A stretch of 64,000 bases of DNA from Macrostomum lignano (lineage: Eukaryota). The notes beneath the pieces are model-generated. The model was not told the DNA's origin and did no database searches. It saw only the letters and a program-made list of their open reading frames with translations. The DNA lies in NCBI GenBank assembly GCA_002269645.1, contig NIVC01000340.1, forward strand, positions 62,001-126,000, written 5' to 3'. Position 1 is the stretch's first letter; each line of letters opens with the position of its first letter. Shown one piece after another: positions 37,965 through 52,700 of the stretch. The position numbers and the translations under genes are program-made.

Positions 37965-38809
37965 CTCGTAAGGGCGACTTGAGCAAAATCGTTTGATGAA
38001 GAACATATAATATAAACCTAACACATTACGTGCTTTAAATTTTCTAAATATTTTGTTGTGTGGTAAACGGAAGACTAGGGACTAGGCAGTAGATTTTAGA
38101 ATAAGATTGGTTAGTAGATTAAGAAGTAGATTGGGAAGTAGATTAGAGAGTAGATTAGGGAAGTAGAAAGAAGATTAAATCATAGGGTAGATTAAGAACT
38201 AGATTAGATAGATCGACTTTAAAGTAGATTAGGTAGCACTCGCAGTTGTAAATTACGGAGTAGGTTAGAGAGTAGATTAGGTAGACTATTAGAGTAGATT
38301 ATAGAGTTGTTACAAGTACATGTATTTAGACTGTAGATTATGAAGCAGCTTGGAGGGAGCAGCTAAAAGAAAAGATTTCTCGCACAAAGGAATTGCTGAC
38401 GTCACAATAAATTTATATTTTTCTGCATAGATCTACATTTCCCGTCAGGGGAGAAATTGTATTTCCCTCTTGGTGTTGTACTAGAATACACCTACATCGG
38501 TGTTAAAGCAAAAGTAAAAGCAACAGAAAATAAGGAACAGAAAAACGCTACTTTAGAGCAGAGTTACAAAATATAATCTCACCCAAAGGCAAACTCACTT
38601 TGTAAAGTTTTCATTTGCGCTTAAGAACAACAGTCGCTTGTGGAACCCAAAAAAGTTTTTCTTTTTTTGTTTTGAACGCCTGTCCATATTATAAAAAATT
38701 AATTATTTCTATGCTATAGAATTTAATAGAAAACGTTTCCATTGGAGCACTACCACTTTTCAGCGCTATTCTCTTCCGTCTAGAATGGAAGACTGTCCGC
38801 GCCGCGCCT

Positions 38810-39628
38810 ATTACCCGACTCAGTGTCGATCTATCCGACTCAGTGTCCATCTACCCGACTCAGTGTCTATCTACATGACTCAGTGTCGATCTACCCGTCT
38901 CAGTGTCTATCAACCGTCTCAGTGTCTACCTACCCAACTCAGTGTCTATCAACCCGACTCAGTGTCTATCTACATGACTCAGTGTCTATCTACCCGACTC
39001 AGTGTCTATCTACCCAACTCAGTGTCCATCTACATGACTCAGTGTCTATCTACCCGACTCAGTGTCTATCTACCCAACTCAGTGTCCATCTACATGACTC
39101 AGTGTCTATCTACCCGACTCAGCAGTGTCTACCTACCCAACTCAGTGTCTATCTGCCCGAATCAGTGTCTATCTACATGACTCAGTGTCTATCTACATTA
39201 CTCAGTGTCTATCTACATGACTCAGTGTCTATCTACATTACTCAGTGTCTATCTACATGACTCAGTGTCTATCTACATGACTCAGTGTCTATCTACCCGA
39301 CTCAGTGTCTTTCTACATGACTCAGTGTCTATCTACATGACTCAGTGTCTATCTACCCGACTCAGTGTCTACATGTACCTACCCAACTCAGTGTCTATCT
39401 ACCAGACTCAGTGTCTGCCTACCCAACTCAGTGTCTATCTACCTGACTCAGTGTCTATCTACCCGACTCAGTGTCTATCTACCCGACTCAGTATCTACCC
39501 GACTCAGTGTCTATCTACCCGACTCAGTGTCTATCTACCCGACTCAGTATCTACCCGACTCAGTATCTACCCGACTCAGTATCTACCCGACTCAGTATCT
39601 ACCCGACTCAGTGTCTATCTGCATGACT
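38810..39628. repeat. Minisatellite, 20-bp unit GACTCAGTGTCTATCTAC(CC/AT)
   Basis: Seen directly. Confidence 0.95.
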
Positions 39629-40069
39629 CAGAGACAGAGGGAAAGAATGAAGACAGGAAAGAGAAGCGGAACAGAAACACCCCTGGAGTATACAGTAGGG
39701 AATGCTTTTAGCTCACAGCCCCATCATCATAGCTACGCCAGCAATTAGCATTTGGCACTGCTGTGAATCCGTCGCTTCCTCTGCCTGCATTTATGACGAG
39801 AATTGCGAGCAAAACTATACTGTAGCAATTTCATCTGCCAAAACGCATCAATATGCATGCAAGCTTGCACGTCCAGCAGGCTAAATAACATTTATTGATT
39901 TAATTATGATATAGGTATAGGCGCAGATATGAAACGTATGAGTGTACAGATGACAACCAGGATTGATTCATTATTTTATTGATTCGTTTAGAAAGTGAAA
40001 TCCGCGTGCACTGTTGCTTGTAGCTAAATAATATCTCAGGGAGAAGGGAGAACAGAGATTTCTGTGGTA

Positions 40070-42262
40070 GGGAGTGCTGAGATGCCAATGATTGAAGTGG
40101 AGTGCTGAGATGCCAATGTGAAGTGGAGTGCTGAGATGCCAATGTGAAGTGGATGGCTGAGATGCCAATGGTTGAAGTGGAGTGCTGAGATGCCAATGTG
40201 AAGTGGAGTGCTGAGATGCCAATGTGAAGTGGAGTGCTGAGATGCCAATGATTGAAGTGGAGTGCTGAGATGCCAATGATTGAAGTGGAGTGCTGAGATG
40301 CCAATGGTTGAAGTGGAGTGCTGAGATGCCAATGTGAAGTAGAGACGTGCTGAGATGCCAATGTGAAGTGGAGTGCTGAGATGCCAATGTGAAGTGGAGT
40401 GCTGAGATGCCAATGATTGAAGTGGAGTGCTGAGATGCCAATGATTGAAGTGGAGTGCTGAGATGCCAATGGTTGAAGTGGAGTGCTGAGATGCCAATGT
40501 GAAGTGGAGTGCTGAGATGCCAATGATTGAAGTGGAGTGCTGAGATGCCAATGATTGAAGTGGAGTGCTGAGATGCCAATGTGAAGTGGAGTGCTGAGAT
40601 TCCAATGTGAAGTGGAGTGCTGAGATTCCAATGGTTGAAGTGGAGTGCTGAGATGCCAATGTGAAGTGGAGTGCTGAGATGCCAATGTGAAGTGGAGTGC
40701 TGAGATGCCAATGATTGAAGTGGAGTGCTGAGATGCCAATGATTGAAGTGGAGTGCTGAGATGCCAATGATTGAAGTGGAGTGCTGAGATGCCAATGGTT
40801 GAAGTGGAGTGCTGAGATTCCAATGATTGAAGTGGAGTGCTGAGATGCCAATGATTGAAGTGGAGTGCTGAGATGCCAATGATTGAAGTGGAGTGCTGAG
40901 ATGCCAATGGTTGAAGTGGAGTGCTGAGATGCCAATGATTGAAGTGGAGTGCTGAGATGCCAATGATTGAAGTGGAGTGCTGAGATGCCAATGATTGAAG
41001 TGGAGTGCTGAGATGCCAATGATTGAAGTGGAGTGCTGAGATGCCAATGGTTGAAGTGGAGTGCTGAGATGCCAATGTGAAGTGGAGTGCTGAGATGCCA
41101 ATGATTGAAGTGGAGTGCTGAGATGCCAATGATTGAAGTGGAGTGCTGAGATGCCAATGTGAAGTGGAGTGCTGAGATTCCAATGTGAAGTGGAGTGCTG
41201 AGATGCCAATGGTTGAAGTGGAGTGCTGAGATTCCAATGGTTGAAGTGGAGTGCTGAGATGCCAATGTGAAGTGCAGTGCTGAGATGCCAATGTGAAGTG
41301 GAGTGCTGAGATTCCAATGTGAAGTGGAGTGCTGAGATTCCAATGGTTGAAGTGCAGTGCTGAGATGCCAATGTGAAGTGCAGTGCTGAGATGCCAATGT
41401 GAAGTGCAGTGCTGAGATTCCAATGTGAAGTGGAGTGCTGAGATTCCAATGGTTGAAGTGGAGTGCTGAGATTCCAATGTGAAGTGGAGTGCTGAGATGC
41501 CAATGTGAAGTGGAGTGCTGAGATGCCAATGTGAAGTGGAGTGCTGAGATTCCAATGATTGAAGTGGAGTGCTGAGATGCCAATGATTGAAGTGGAGTGC
41601 TGAGATTCCAATGATTGAAGTGGAGTGCTGAGATGCCAATGATTGAAGTGGAGTGCTGAGATGCCAATGGTTGAAGTGGAGTGCTGAGATGCCAATGGTT
41701 GAAGTGGAGTGCTGAGACGCAATAAGGGAGTGCTGAGACGCAATAAGAGAGTGCTGAGACGCAAAAAGGGAGTGCTGAGACGCAATAAGGGAGTGCTGAG
41801 ACGCAATAAGGGAGTGCTGAGACGCAATAAGGGAGTGCTGAGACGCAATAAGGGAGTGCTGAGACGCAAAAAGGGAGTGCTGAGACGCAATAAGGGAGTG
41901 CTGAGACGCAATAAGGGAGTGCTGAGACGCAATAAAGGAAGTGCTGAGACGCAATAAGGGAGTGCTGAGACGCAATAAGGGAGTGCTGAGATGCCAATGG
42001 TTGAAGTGGAGTGCTGAGACGCAATAAGGGAGTGCTGAGACGCAATAAGGGAGTGCTGAGATGCCAATGGTTGAAGTGGAGTGCTGAGATTCCAATGGTT
42101 GAATTGGAGTGCTGAGATGCCAATGATTGAAGTGGAGTACTGAGATGCCAATGTGAAGTGGAGTGCTGAGATGCCAATGGTTGAAGTGGAGTGCTGAGAC
42201 GCAATAAGGGAGTGCTGAGACGCAATAAGGGAGTGCTGAGACGCAATAAGGGAGTGCTGAGA
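40070..42262. repeat. Compound minisatellite: 26/28-bp GAAGTGGAGTGCTGAGATGCCAATG(T/ATT/GTT) units plus 21-bp GAGTGCTGAGACGCAATAAGG units
   Basis: Seen directly; it produces the 700-800 aa pseudo-ORFs. Confidence 0.97.
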
Positions 42263-42774
42263 AGAACTGCCGGATTTCCAATGGCTCAGGTTGAACACTC
42301 GGTGTCACAACTCAGCTTTAGTTTGTAGCTTAAAAATCCCCACACCCCAAAGCTTGCTACCTCAAATTATCGAGGGAATTCGAGGGAAGTGTCTCCAGTC
42401 AAGTCTGATTTTGTTTCTAATTCCATTTTAGCATTCTCAAGTTTCCGGATCAAATTTACTTTCAAGAACAGCAGTACGTCGTAACGACTGACAGAAAATC
42501 TTGATCTTAATTAGGCATCGAAGCTTTAATTTATATAGAGTGGTCTGTTCATTTTCTCTCAGCAGCTGAGTTGCAGCAGCCAATGCCACATCAATTAGCA
42601 ACTCAAAATAAGGTTTATAATTCCCTTTACTTTCATTGCCCAGCGTATGCACATCACCTATTGATCGTCTAATGGACCACGTGACTTGAGTGGATACAAG
42701 AGTTTTCTAACTTGGGGGCGAATGGGCCCATTGAACTGATATCAGCATTGTCAGAAACTGGTATCTATCATTCC

Positions 42775-45430
42775 TTCCTGTCTCTCACCTCTGTTATCTA
42801 TCCCTCCCTGTCTCTCACCTCTGTTATCTATCCCTCCCTGTCTCTCACCTCTGTTATCTATCCCTCCCTGTCTCTCACCTCTGTTATCTATCCCTCCCTG
42901 TCTCTCACCTCTGTTATCTATCCCTCCCTGTCTCTCACCTCTGTTATCTATCCCTCCCTGTCTCTCACCTCTGTTATCTATCCCTCCCTGTCTCTCACCT
43001 CTGTTATCTATCCCTCCCTGTCTCTCACCTCTGTTATCTATCCCTCCCTGTCTCTCACCTCTGTTATCTATCCTCCCTCCCTGTCTCTCACCTCTGTTAT
43101 CTATCCTCCCTCCCTGTCTCTCACCTCTGTTATCTATCCCTCCCTGTCTCTCACCTCTGTTATCTATCCCTCCCTGTCTCTCACCTCTGTTATCTATCCC
43201 TCCCTGTCTCTCACCTCTGTTATCTATCCCTCCCTGTCTGTCACCTCTGTTATCTATCCCTCCCTGTCTCTCACCTCTGTTATCTATCCCTCCCTGTCTC
43301 TCACCTCTGTTATCTATCCCTCCCTGTCTCTCACCTCTGTTATCTATCCCTCCCTGTCTCTCACCTCTGTTATCTATCCCTCCCTGTCTCTCACCTCTGT
43401 TATCTATCCTCCCTCCCTGTCTCTCACCTCTGTTATCTATACCTCCCTGTCTCTCACCTCTGTTATCTATCCCTCCCTGTCTCTCACCTCTGTTATCTAT
43501 CCCTCCCTGTCTCTCACCTCTGTTATCTATCCCTCCCTGTCTCTCACCTCTGTTATCTATCCTCCCTGTCTCTCACCTCTGTTATCTATCCCTCCCTGTC
43601 TCTCACCTCTGTTATCTATCCCTCCCTGTCTGTCACCTCTGTTATCTATCCCTCCCTGTCTCTCACCTCTGTTATCTATCCCTCCCTGTCTCTCACCTCT
43701 GTTATCTATCCCTCCCTGTCTCTCACCTCTGTTATCTATCCCTCCCTGTCTCTCACCTCTGTTATCTATCCCTCCCTGTCTCTCACCTCTGTTATCTATC
43801 CTCCCTCCCTGTCTCTCACCTCTGTTATCTATCCCTCCCTGTCTGTCACCTCTGTTATCTATCCCTCCCTGTCTCTCACCTCTGTTATCTATCCCTCCCT
43901 GTCTCTCACCTCTGTTATCTATCCCTCCCTGTCTCTCACCTCTGTTATCTATCCCTCCCTGTCTCTCACCTCTGTTATCTATCCCTCCCTGTCTCTCACC
44001 TCTGTTATCTATCCTCCCTCCCTGTCTCTCACCTCTGTTATCTATCCCTCCCTGTCTCTCACCTCTGTTATCTATCCCTCCCTGTCTCTCACCTCTGTTA
44101 TCTATCCCTCCCTGTCTCTCACCTCTGTTATCTATCCTCCCTCCCTGTCTCTCACCTCTGTTATCTATCCCTCCCTGTCTCTCACCTCTGTTATCTATCC
44201 CTCCCTGTCTCTCACCTCTGTTATCTATCCCTCCCTGTCTCTCACCTCTGTTATCTATCCCTCCCTGTCTCTCACCTCTGTTATCTATCCCTCCCTGTCT
44301 CTCACCTCTGTTATCTATCCTCCCTCCCTGTCTCTCACCTCTGTTATCTATACCTCCCTGTCTCTCACCTCTGTTATCTATCCCTCCCTGTCTCTCACCT
44401 CTGTTATCTATCCCTCCCTGTCTCTCACCTCTGTTATCTATCCCTCCCTGTCTCTCACCTCTGTTATCTATCCCTCCCTGTCTCTCACCTCTGTTATCTA
44501 TCCCTCCCTGTCTCTCACCTCTGTTATCTATCCTCCCTCCCTGTCTCTCACCTCTGTTATCTATCCTCCCTCCCTGTCTCTCACCTCTGTTATCTATCCC
44601 TCCCTGTCTCTCACCTCTGTTATCTATCCCTCCCTGTCTCTCACCTCTGTTATCTATCCCTCCCTGTCTCTCACCTCTGTTATCTATCCCTCCCTGTCTC
44701 TCACCTCTGTTATCTATCCCTCCCTGTCTCTCACCTCTGTTATCTATCCCTCCCTGTCTCTCACCTCTGTTATCTATCCCTCCCTGTCTCTCACCTCTGT
44801 TATCTATCCCTCCCTGTCTCTCACCTCTGTTATCTATCCTCCCTCCCTGTCTCTCACCTCTGTTATCTATCCCTCCCTGTCTCTCACCTCTGTTATCTAT
44901 CCCTCCCTGTCTCTCACCTCTGTTATCTATCCCTCCCTGTCTGTCACCTCTGTTATCTATCCCTCCCTGTCTCTCACCTCTGTTATCTATCCCTCCCTGT
45001 CTCTCACCTCTGTTATCTATCCCTCCCTGTCTCTCACCTCTGTTATCTATCCCTCCCTGTCTCTCACCTCTGTTATCTATCCCTCCCTGTCTCTCACCTC
45101 TGTTATCTATCCCTCCCTGTCTCTCACCTCTGTTATCTATCCCTCCCTGTCTCTCACCTCTGTTATCTATCCCTCCCTGTCTCTCACCTCTGTTATCTAT
45201 CCCTCCCTGTCTCTCACCTCTGTTATCTATCCCTCCCTGTCTCTCACCTCTGTTATCTATCCCTCCCTGTCTCTCACCTCTGTTATCTATCCCTCCCTGT
45301 CTCTCACCTCTGTTATCTATCCCTCCCTGTCTCTCACCTCTGTTATCTATCCCTCCCTGTCTCTCACCTCTGTTATCTATCCCTCCCTGTCTCTCACCTC
45401 TGTTATCTATCCCTCCCTGTCTCTCACCTC
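42775..45430. repeat. Highly homogeneous 30-bp pyrimidine-rich satellite CCCTCCCTGTCTCTCACCTCTGTTATCTAT
   Basis: About 2.65 kb with occasional 34-bp and 29-bp variants; it produces the 920-aa pseudo-ORF. Confidence 0.97.
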
Positions 45431-46154
45431 TCTATAGCTATCGGCCTGTCATTTTCTCATACAGCTCCCCCTGAGTCAGGAAGAATCGTTCAAATAATCG
45501 CCATGCATAGCCATAGCAATCTTCTATTATCTTCTCTTCTTTCTAATTCTACAATCAGAAAGATCAAAGGAACTCCCCGCTTTAAATATTCTATAATAAG
45601 TGCAAAGCAAAGGAAGCCATGCAGAGCTTCGAATTCCTCCACAGAGACTGCAGTTCAGAAAATGAATATTCAATAGCCGGTGCAGCTATTTATCGCGGAC
45701 TATGACTTGTACTTATAGTTTGTAATTAGACATAAAGTCAGCTCAATTGTGTTTGTCTTCTAAAAGTCAATTTCCAACTGTATTCCCAGCGCGCATAATT
45801 CTGTATCTTATTATCGATCTGCCAAGATGGTTATATATACTGTATCTATGACAGCTGCTGCTGCAACCTCAGAGCGAGGCTATGCAAAATCCGTTTGCAC
45901 TTTCCTTAATCCATCTTGGTCGATCGTTTAGCGAATGCAAATGACGTCCACCAAACGATGGCGTGCGGTTGGCGATAACAAAAATGACAGACAGGAAGGG
46001 CTGAACGGCGAGGCAGCTTTCTGACAGACAGCCCAGCAAAGCACTGAGTTAGGGCAAACAAAACATTTCTGACGGTCACTTTTTAAGACAGCTCAGACAG
46101 CGAAAAGATTAAAACCATGGTTTTAAGGGAATACTGTCTATCAGGAGCTATCTA

Positions 46155-46420
46155 TAATGCAGTGCTGTAGACCCTGTCTAATGCAGTGCTGTACACCCTG
46201 TCTAATGCAGTGCTGTAGACCCTGTCTAATGCAGTGCTGTAGACCCTGTCTAATGCAGTGCTGTACACCCTGTCTAATGCAGTGCTGTAGACCCTGTCTA
46301 CTACAGTGCTGTAGACCCTGTCTACTACAGTGCTGTAGACCCTGTCTACTACAGTGCTGTAGACCCTGTCGAATGCAAAGCTGTAGGCCCTGTCGAATGC
46401 AATGCTGTAGGCCCTGTCTA
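46155..46420. repeat. Minisatellite, 24-bp unit ACCCTGTCTAATGCAGTGCTGTA(G/C)
   Basis: Seen directly. Confidence 0.93.
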
Positions 46421-47551
46421 ATTCAGAACTTCAGATACTATTCAATCTAATCTGAAGCTAATTCAGTTTTGAGTAAAGAAGTCCACCAATACCTGTTTGT
46501 TTGAAAAATCAGCTTCATCAAAATATTGAAATATGCCGCTTAAAATTTTATTTAAATAATTAATTTTTCATTTTTGTGAAAGCGAAGACTATAAAAATTA
46601 GGACAGTAAATCCTGGATGAAAACGGTACCCAGACCAAAAAGCGCACAGAGTAGTTTGAGCCGTAAAAAGAGTCGCTAAGAGTCACTAGTGAGCAGTTTG
46701 CGATGGCTCTTCAGCGATTGCTGTCACGGTATCGTTTTCAACGGGATCTTTTTAAAGAATTGATGTAGCATGATTAGACGACTAGTAATCAACTAGTAAT
46801 CATTAGCCAATGACCGGATTAGTGCAAATCAATAAAACACAGAACTAAGCGCAGTACAACTGGGTCATGCTTGATTGCCTATAAACGAACTGACTAAATA
46901 AAAAGTACAAAGCAAAGTGATAATACAGGATTATATGATTTACCAAATCAAGTGTCATTCTAGAATCAGTTAAATTAAATATTTGAAGGGCGAATGAGTT
47001 ACACATGCGAATCAAAGAAACTTGATCAAAAACTGAAATCATTTCGTAACTATTAATTAAGTCATTATTTAATAATCATTTTGTCCACGGCCAGTGTCGA
47101 ATACCGAAAACGAACTACGAGTACACGAATGTTTGGGGCAAAACAGCTACACGACTTGGTAAAACAGATGCTATTGTTTATTATTTTTAATCTAAATCTG
47201 ACCCCAAGTAACCAACCTAAAGTCCCCAAAGCAGGCAAGCGACTAGCAGGTAGTGACCCCCTAGAAACCTGCTTCGCACCCCCAAAAAACCAATATAAGA
47301 CCATAGCAACCGGCGTAGCACCAAAGCAATTAGCCTAGCTTCCTCGAACCAGCTTTCCGCCCCTAGCAACCGTCGTAGCGTCGTAGCAGACAAAGTAAAA
47401 ACCATAGCAAATAGTCTTGCGTCCCTAGCAACCAGCCTAGCGACCTAAGCAACCAGCCTAGCGTCCCTAGCAATCAGTCTAGCGACCCTAGCAACCATTC
47501 TAGGCCCTAGCAACCAGCCTCGCGGCACTAGTAACCACCCTAGCAACCAGC

Positions 47552-49577
47552 CTAGCCCCTGGGATCGGACACGCGGCCGATAAAGATCGGCACCTGCCGC
47601 TTGTCGCCAGCGCCATCACCGGATGTAGCAACCTCGCGCGAAACGATCACAGCAAACGGCTGGTCGAATGCAATCCTAGGCGGCGCCATTCGTGTATTGA
47701 TAGCGGCGGCCGACGCGGCGGCGCCTTCGGCGCCAAACTCGTCCCATTCTAGGGCGGCCTGGTGGGCGAAACTGCTGACGTAAAGGTCGCCAGGAGTCGA
47801 GGCGATGCCGCTGAGATCGGCGTCATTAGAGAACAGTTTGCCAAAGCCCAGGTGAGGCAGGTAGGCGGCCTCGGACAGTTCAGTGAAACTGTTCAGCTTG
47901 ATCTGCAGACAAAAAGATTTAGGTGCGCATAATACTACTGTCTCTCATGAATTAAGTAGCATAATTTTGGGTACAGACAAAATTTTAGGAAATATTTTTG
48001 AGCACCTTTTCAATGCTTGGTTTGAAATGGTCATACTACTTATGAATGCAAAAATAAGTAGAATGAAGAAGCTTATACTCAGTAATTGTGCATGCGTGCG
48101 CCTTACTAACCACATATACTGGAATAACTAGATGGGGGCGACTCAGCACATTTGCGTGCAAGCTACTTTCAGTTCAGTAGTAAGTTAAACAGAAGCATTT
48201 TAATGTGTTTTAAGTCAGGCTCAATTTATTGGCTCTTACCCCCGCAGTTCAAACCTTCCAACCGCGCGCTTTTCCACACTACCCCCGACCCCCGACCAAT
48301 TTTTATTGCCTTTCTCGGAATTCCAGCCTAGAGCTGCCATGTACATTCCAGTGGACTGGCCAATGTACATTATGGCTGAACCAATTAGCAAGTTGTTTAC
48401 GCCTGCAAGCTTTAGGCTTCTAAACTTATCAAAGTCATTTCAGCTGCTTTTATTTTTATAAAATAGCTTATGTATTCTTCTTTGCTACTGAACTGAAAGT
48501 AGAAAGCTGGTTTACAAAGTTTATAAGCCTGAGTGGCCCATCTAGATAGTTTAGCATCTGTGCTACTAACAGAAGACGCTATGAGTAGCATATATCGCGT
48601 ACGATAGAAAAATCACATGAACGCATTTTTTACTACTAAAAGTTTTGCAGAGAGTAGTATGCAATGCATAAGCTAAAATCTACCGAAAAAATGATAATGG
48701 GCGAATGACCCTACTACTGATGACAGCATCATTAAGGAACAAAAACGCATAGCAACCAACCTTAGGCAGTGAAACAGCTGCTTTGCCAGACTCTCCGGCA
48801 TCGTTAACCAGCCTAAGCCAGTCCTCCTGAGACATCTTCGCCAGCAGGCCATCGAGACCGTGCCGCTCAGCGGGCAGCACAGCCAGCAGCGACATTCGCT
48901 GGCCAGAGTTGTCGTCTTCGAAATCAAATCGAACACCTGTGAGCACATCAGCCACGAACACGATTGGCCAGTTGGCAGTGCGGTGCATCATCGGCACGGA
49001 GACTGGGGCGGTCGAGGCGTTCAATTCGAACGGTTCGTCGAATGTTGAGCGGGGGTCGAATGGGACACTCCAGTTGGCTGTGGGATTCGAGAGTGATGAT
49101 GGATTCGATATGGAGTCTGCGCGTCTGTCTGTCTGCCTGGCTGTCTGTCTGTCTGTCTGTGTGTCTGTGTCTGTCTGTCTGTGTGTCTGTGTCTGTCTGT
49201 CTGTCTGTGTGTCCGTGTCTGCCTGCCTGTCTGTCTGTGTGTGTGCCTGTCTGTCTGTCTGCCTGTCTGTCTGCCTGTCTGTCTGTGTGCCTGTCTGTGT
49301 GTGCCTGTCTGTGTGTGTGTCTGTCTGTCTGTCTGTGTGTATGTCTGTCTGTGGGCCTGTCTGAGTGTGTGCCTGTCTGTCTGTCTGTCTGTCTGTGTGT
49401 GTGCCTGTCTGAGTGTGTGTCTGTCTGTCTGTCTGTCTGTGTGTGTGTCTGTCTGCCTGTCTGTCTGTGTGCCTGTCTGTGTGTGTGCCTGTCTGTGTGT
49501 GTGTCTGTCGGTCTGTCTGTCTGTGTGTGTGTGTGTCTGTCTGTCTGTCTGTCTGTGTGTGTGCCTGTCTGTGTGTG

Positions 49578-49612
<35 letters not shown>

Positions 49613-49665
49613 GTGTGTGTCTGTCTGTGTGTGTGCCTATCTGTCTGTCTGTGTGTCTGTCCGCC

Positions 49666-49704
<39 letters not shown>

Positions 49705-52700
49705 GTGTCTGTCTGTCTGTGTGTCTGTCTGTCTATCAGTCAGTCAAGTCAGTCAGTCAGTCAGTCAGTCAGTCAGTCAGTCAGTCAGTCAGTCAGTCAG
49801 TCAGTCAGTCAGTCAGTCAGTCAGTCAGTCAGTCAGTCAGTCAGTCAGTCAGTCAGTCAGTCAGTCAGTCAGTCAGTCAGTCAGTCAGTCAGTCAGTCAG
49901 TCAGTCAGTCAGTCAGTCAGTCAGTCAGTCAGTCAGTCAGTCAGTCAGTCAGTCAGTCAGTCAGTCAGTCAGTCAGTCAGTCAGTCAGTCAGTCAGTCAG
50001 TCAGTCAGTCAGTCAGTCAGTCAGTCAGTCAGTCAGTCAGTCAGTCAGTCAGTCAGTCAGTCAGTCAGTCAGTCAGTCAGTCAGTCAGTCAGTCAGTCAG
50101 TCAGTCAGTCAGTCAGTCAGTCAGTCAGTCAGTCAGTCAGTCAGTCAGTCAGTCAGTCAGTCAGTCAGTCAGTCAGTCAGTCAGTCAGTCAGTCAGTCAG
50201 TCAGTCAGTCAGTCAGTCTATCTATCTGTCGATACCTATAAAGTACAAAGCGTTGACCAGCACCAGTCGAGTCAGCGGATCAACAGAGCCAGACTTCAAT
50301 AGCTCAGGGATCTTGTCTTTAGTAACCGTTGCTACCCAATTATTAATGCGGACGCGTTCAGCCTCGGGGTCTTTGGCAAATTCGGCCTAAAAATGCAGAA
50401 AGAACCTTCAATTAGAAACAATTTATCTGCCGTTCAAAAATATTGGAATCGAGTTACACACAGACCATATTGGTGTTTGTCTTCCGGTCTGAACCCCTGC
50501 TGTACACCCCTGTCTGAACCCTGCTGTACACCACTGTCTGAACCCTTGCTGTACACCCCTGTCTGAACCCTTGCTGTACACCCCTGTCTAAACCCTTGCT
50601 GTACACCCCTGTCTAAACCCTTGCTGTACACCCCTGTCTGAACCCTTGCTGTACACCCTTGTCTGAACCCTTGCTGTACAACACTGTCTGAACCCTTGAT
50701 GTACACCCCTGTCTAAACCCTTGATGTACACCCCTGTCTAAACCCTTGCTGTACACCCCTGTCTAAACCCTTGCTGTACACCCCTGTCTGAACCCTTGCT
50801 GTACACCCTTGTCTGAACCCTTGCTGTACAACACTGTCTGAACCCTTGATGTACACCCCTGTCTAAACCCTTGCTGTACACCCTTGTCTGAACCCTTGCT
50901 GTACACCCTTGTCTAAAAACTTGCTGTACACCCTAGTCTGAATCCTTGCTGTACACCCCTGTCTAAACCCTTGCTGTACAACACTGTCTGAACCCTTGCT
51001 GTACAACACTGTCTAAACCCTTGATGTACACCCCTGTCTGAACCCTTGCTGTACACCCCTGTCTGAACCCTTGCTGTACACCCTTGTCTGAACCCTTGCT
51101 GTCATACATGCGCAACAGTCGGCCGAGTCGGCCAATCCGGCCGACCGATTTGGCGGCCAACCAAGGAAGTCGCAAAAATGCCCACCCAAAAAATAACCCA
51201 AGTAGTAGTACTAAGTAGCTGACGAGGCATTTTAGCTTAATAAAACAGTCATAGTTACTCCTGCCGTTTACCCAAAGTTGCGTTAATTTTGCTTTCGGGT
51301 TTTGTTATATGTAAGTCGCATTTTTGACCAAAAACTACGTCGCTTTTTTGTTAAAACTAAGTCGCACGGCTGACCGAATTTTGGAGGTTGCACATGTATG
51401 CTTGCTGTACAACACTGTCTGAACCCTTGATGTACACCCCTGTCTAAACCTCTGCTGTAAACCCCTGTCTAAACCCCTGCTGTAAACCCCTGTCTAAACC
51501 CCTGCTGTAAACCCCTGTCTAAACCCTCTGCTGTACACCCCTGTCTGAACCCTTGATGTACACCCCTGTCTAAACCCTTGCTGTACAACACTGTCTGAAC
51601 CCTTGCTGTACAACACTGTCTAAACCCTTGATGTACACCCCTGTCTGAACCCTTGCTGTACACCCCTGTCTGAACCCTTGCTGTACACCCTTGTCTGAAC
51701 CCTTGCTGTACAACACTGTCTGAACCCTTGATGTACACCCCTGTCTAAACCTCTGCTGTAAACCCCTGTCTAAACCCCTGCTGTAAACCCCTGTCTAAAC
51801 CCCTGCTGTAAACCCCTGTCTAAACCCTCTGCTGTACACCCCTGTCTGAACCCTTGATGTACACCCCTGTCTAAACCCTTGCTGTACAACACTGTCTGAA
51901 CCCTTGCTGTACAACACTGTCTAAACCCTTGATGTACACCCCTGTCTGAACCCTTGCTGTACACCCCTGTCTGAACCCTTGCTGTACACCCTTGTCTGAA
52001 CCCTTGCTGTACACCCTTGTCTAAAAACTTGCTGTACACCCTAGTCTGAATCCTTGCTGTACACCCCTGTCTAAACCCTTGCTGTACAACACTGTCTGAA
52101 CCCTTGCTGTACAACACTGTCTAAACCCTTGATGTACACCCCTGTCTGAACCCTTGCTGTACACCCCTGTCTGAACCCTTGCTGTACACCCTTGTCTGAA
52201 CCCTTGCTGTACAACACTGTCTGAACCCTTGATGTACACCCCTGTCTAAACCTCTGCTGTAAACCCCTGTCTAAACCTTTGCTGTAAACCCCTGTCTAAA
52301 CCCCTGCTGTAAACCCCTGTCTAAACCCTCTGCTGTACACCCCTGTCTGAACCCTTGATGTACACCCCTGTCTAAACCCTTGCTGTACAACACTGTCTGA
52401 ACCCTTGCTGTACAACACTGTCTAAACCCTTGATGTACACCCCTGTCTGAACCCTTGCTGTACACCCCTGTCTGAACCCTTGCTGTACACCCTTGTCTGA
52501 ACCCTTGCTGTACAACACTGTCTGAACCCTTGATGTACACCCCTGTCTAAACCTCTGCTGTAAACCCCTGTCTAAACCCCTGCTGTAAACCCCTGTCTAA
52601 ACCCCTGCTGTAAACCCCTGTCTAAACCCTCTGCTGTACACCCCTGTCTGAACCCTTGATGTACACCCCTGTCTAAACCCTTGCTGTACAACACTGTCTG

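Noticed and set aside
39900-45474. Very long ORFs (736-920 aa)
   Set aside because: They are translations of 26/28/21-bp and 30-bp satellites, open in several frames, with no unique domain.
48964-50390. SVCL/SQSV-repeat ORFs (and the similar ones at 56292-57134)
   Set aside because: Microsatellites inside serpin intron 3.
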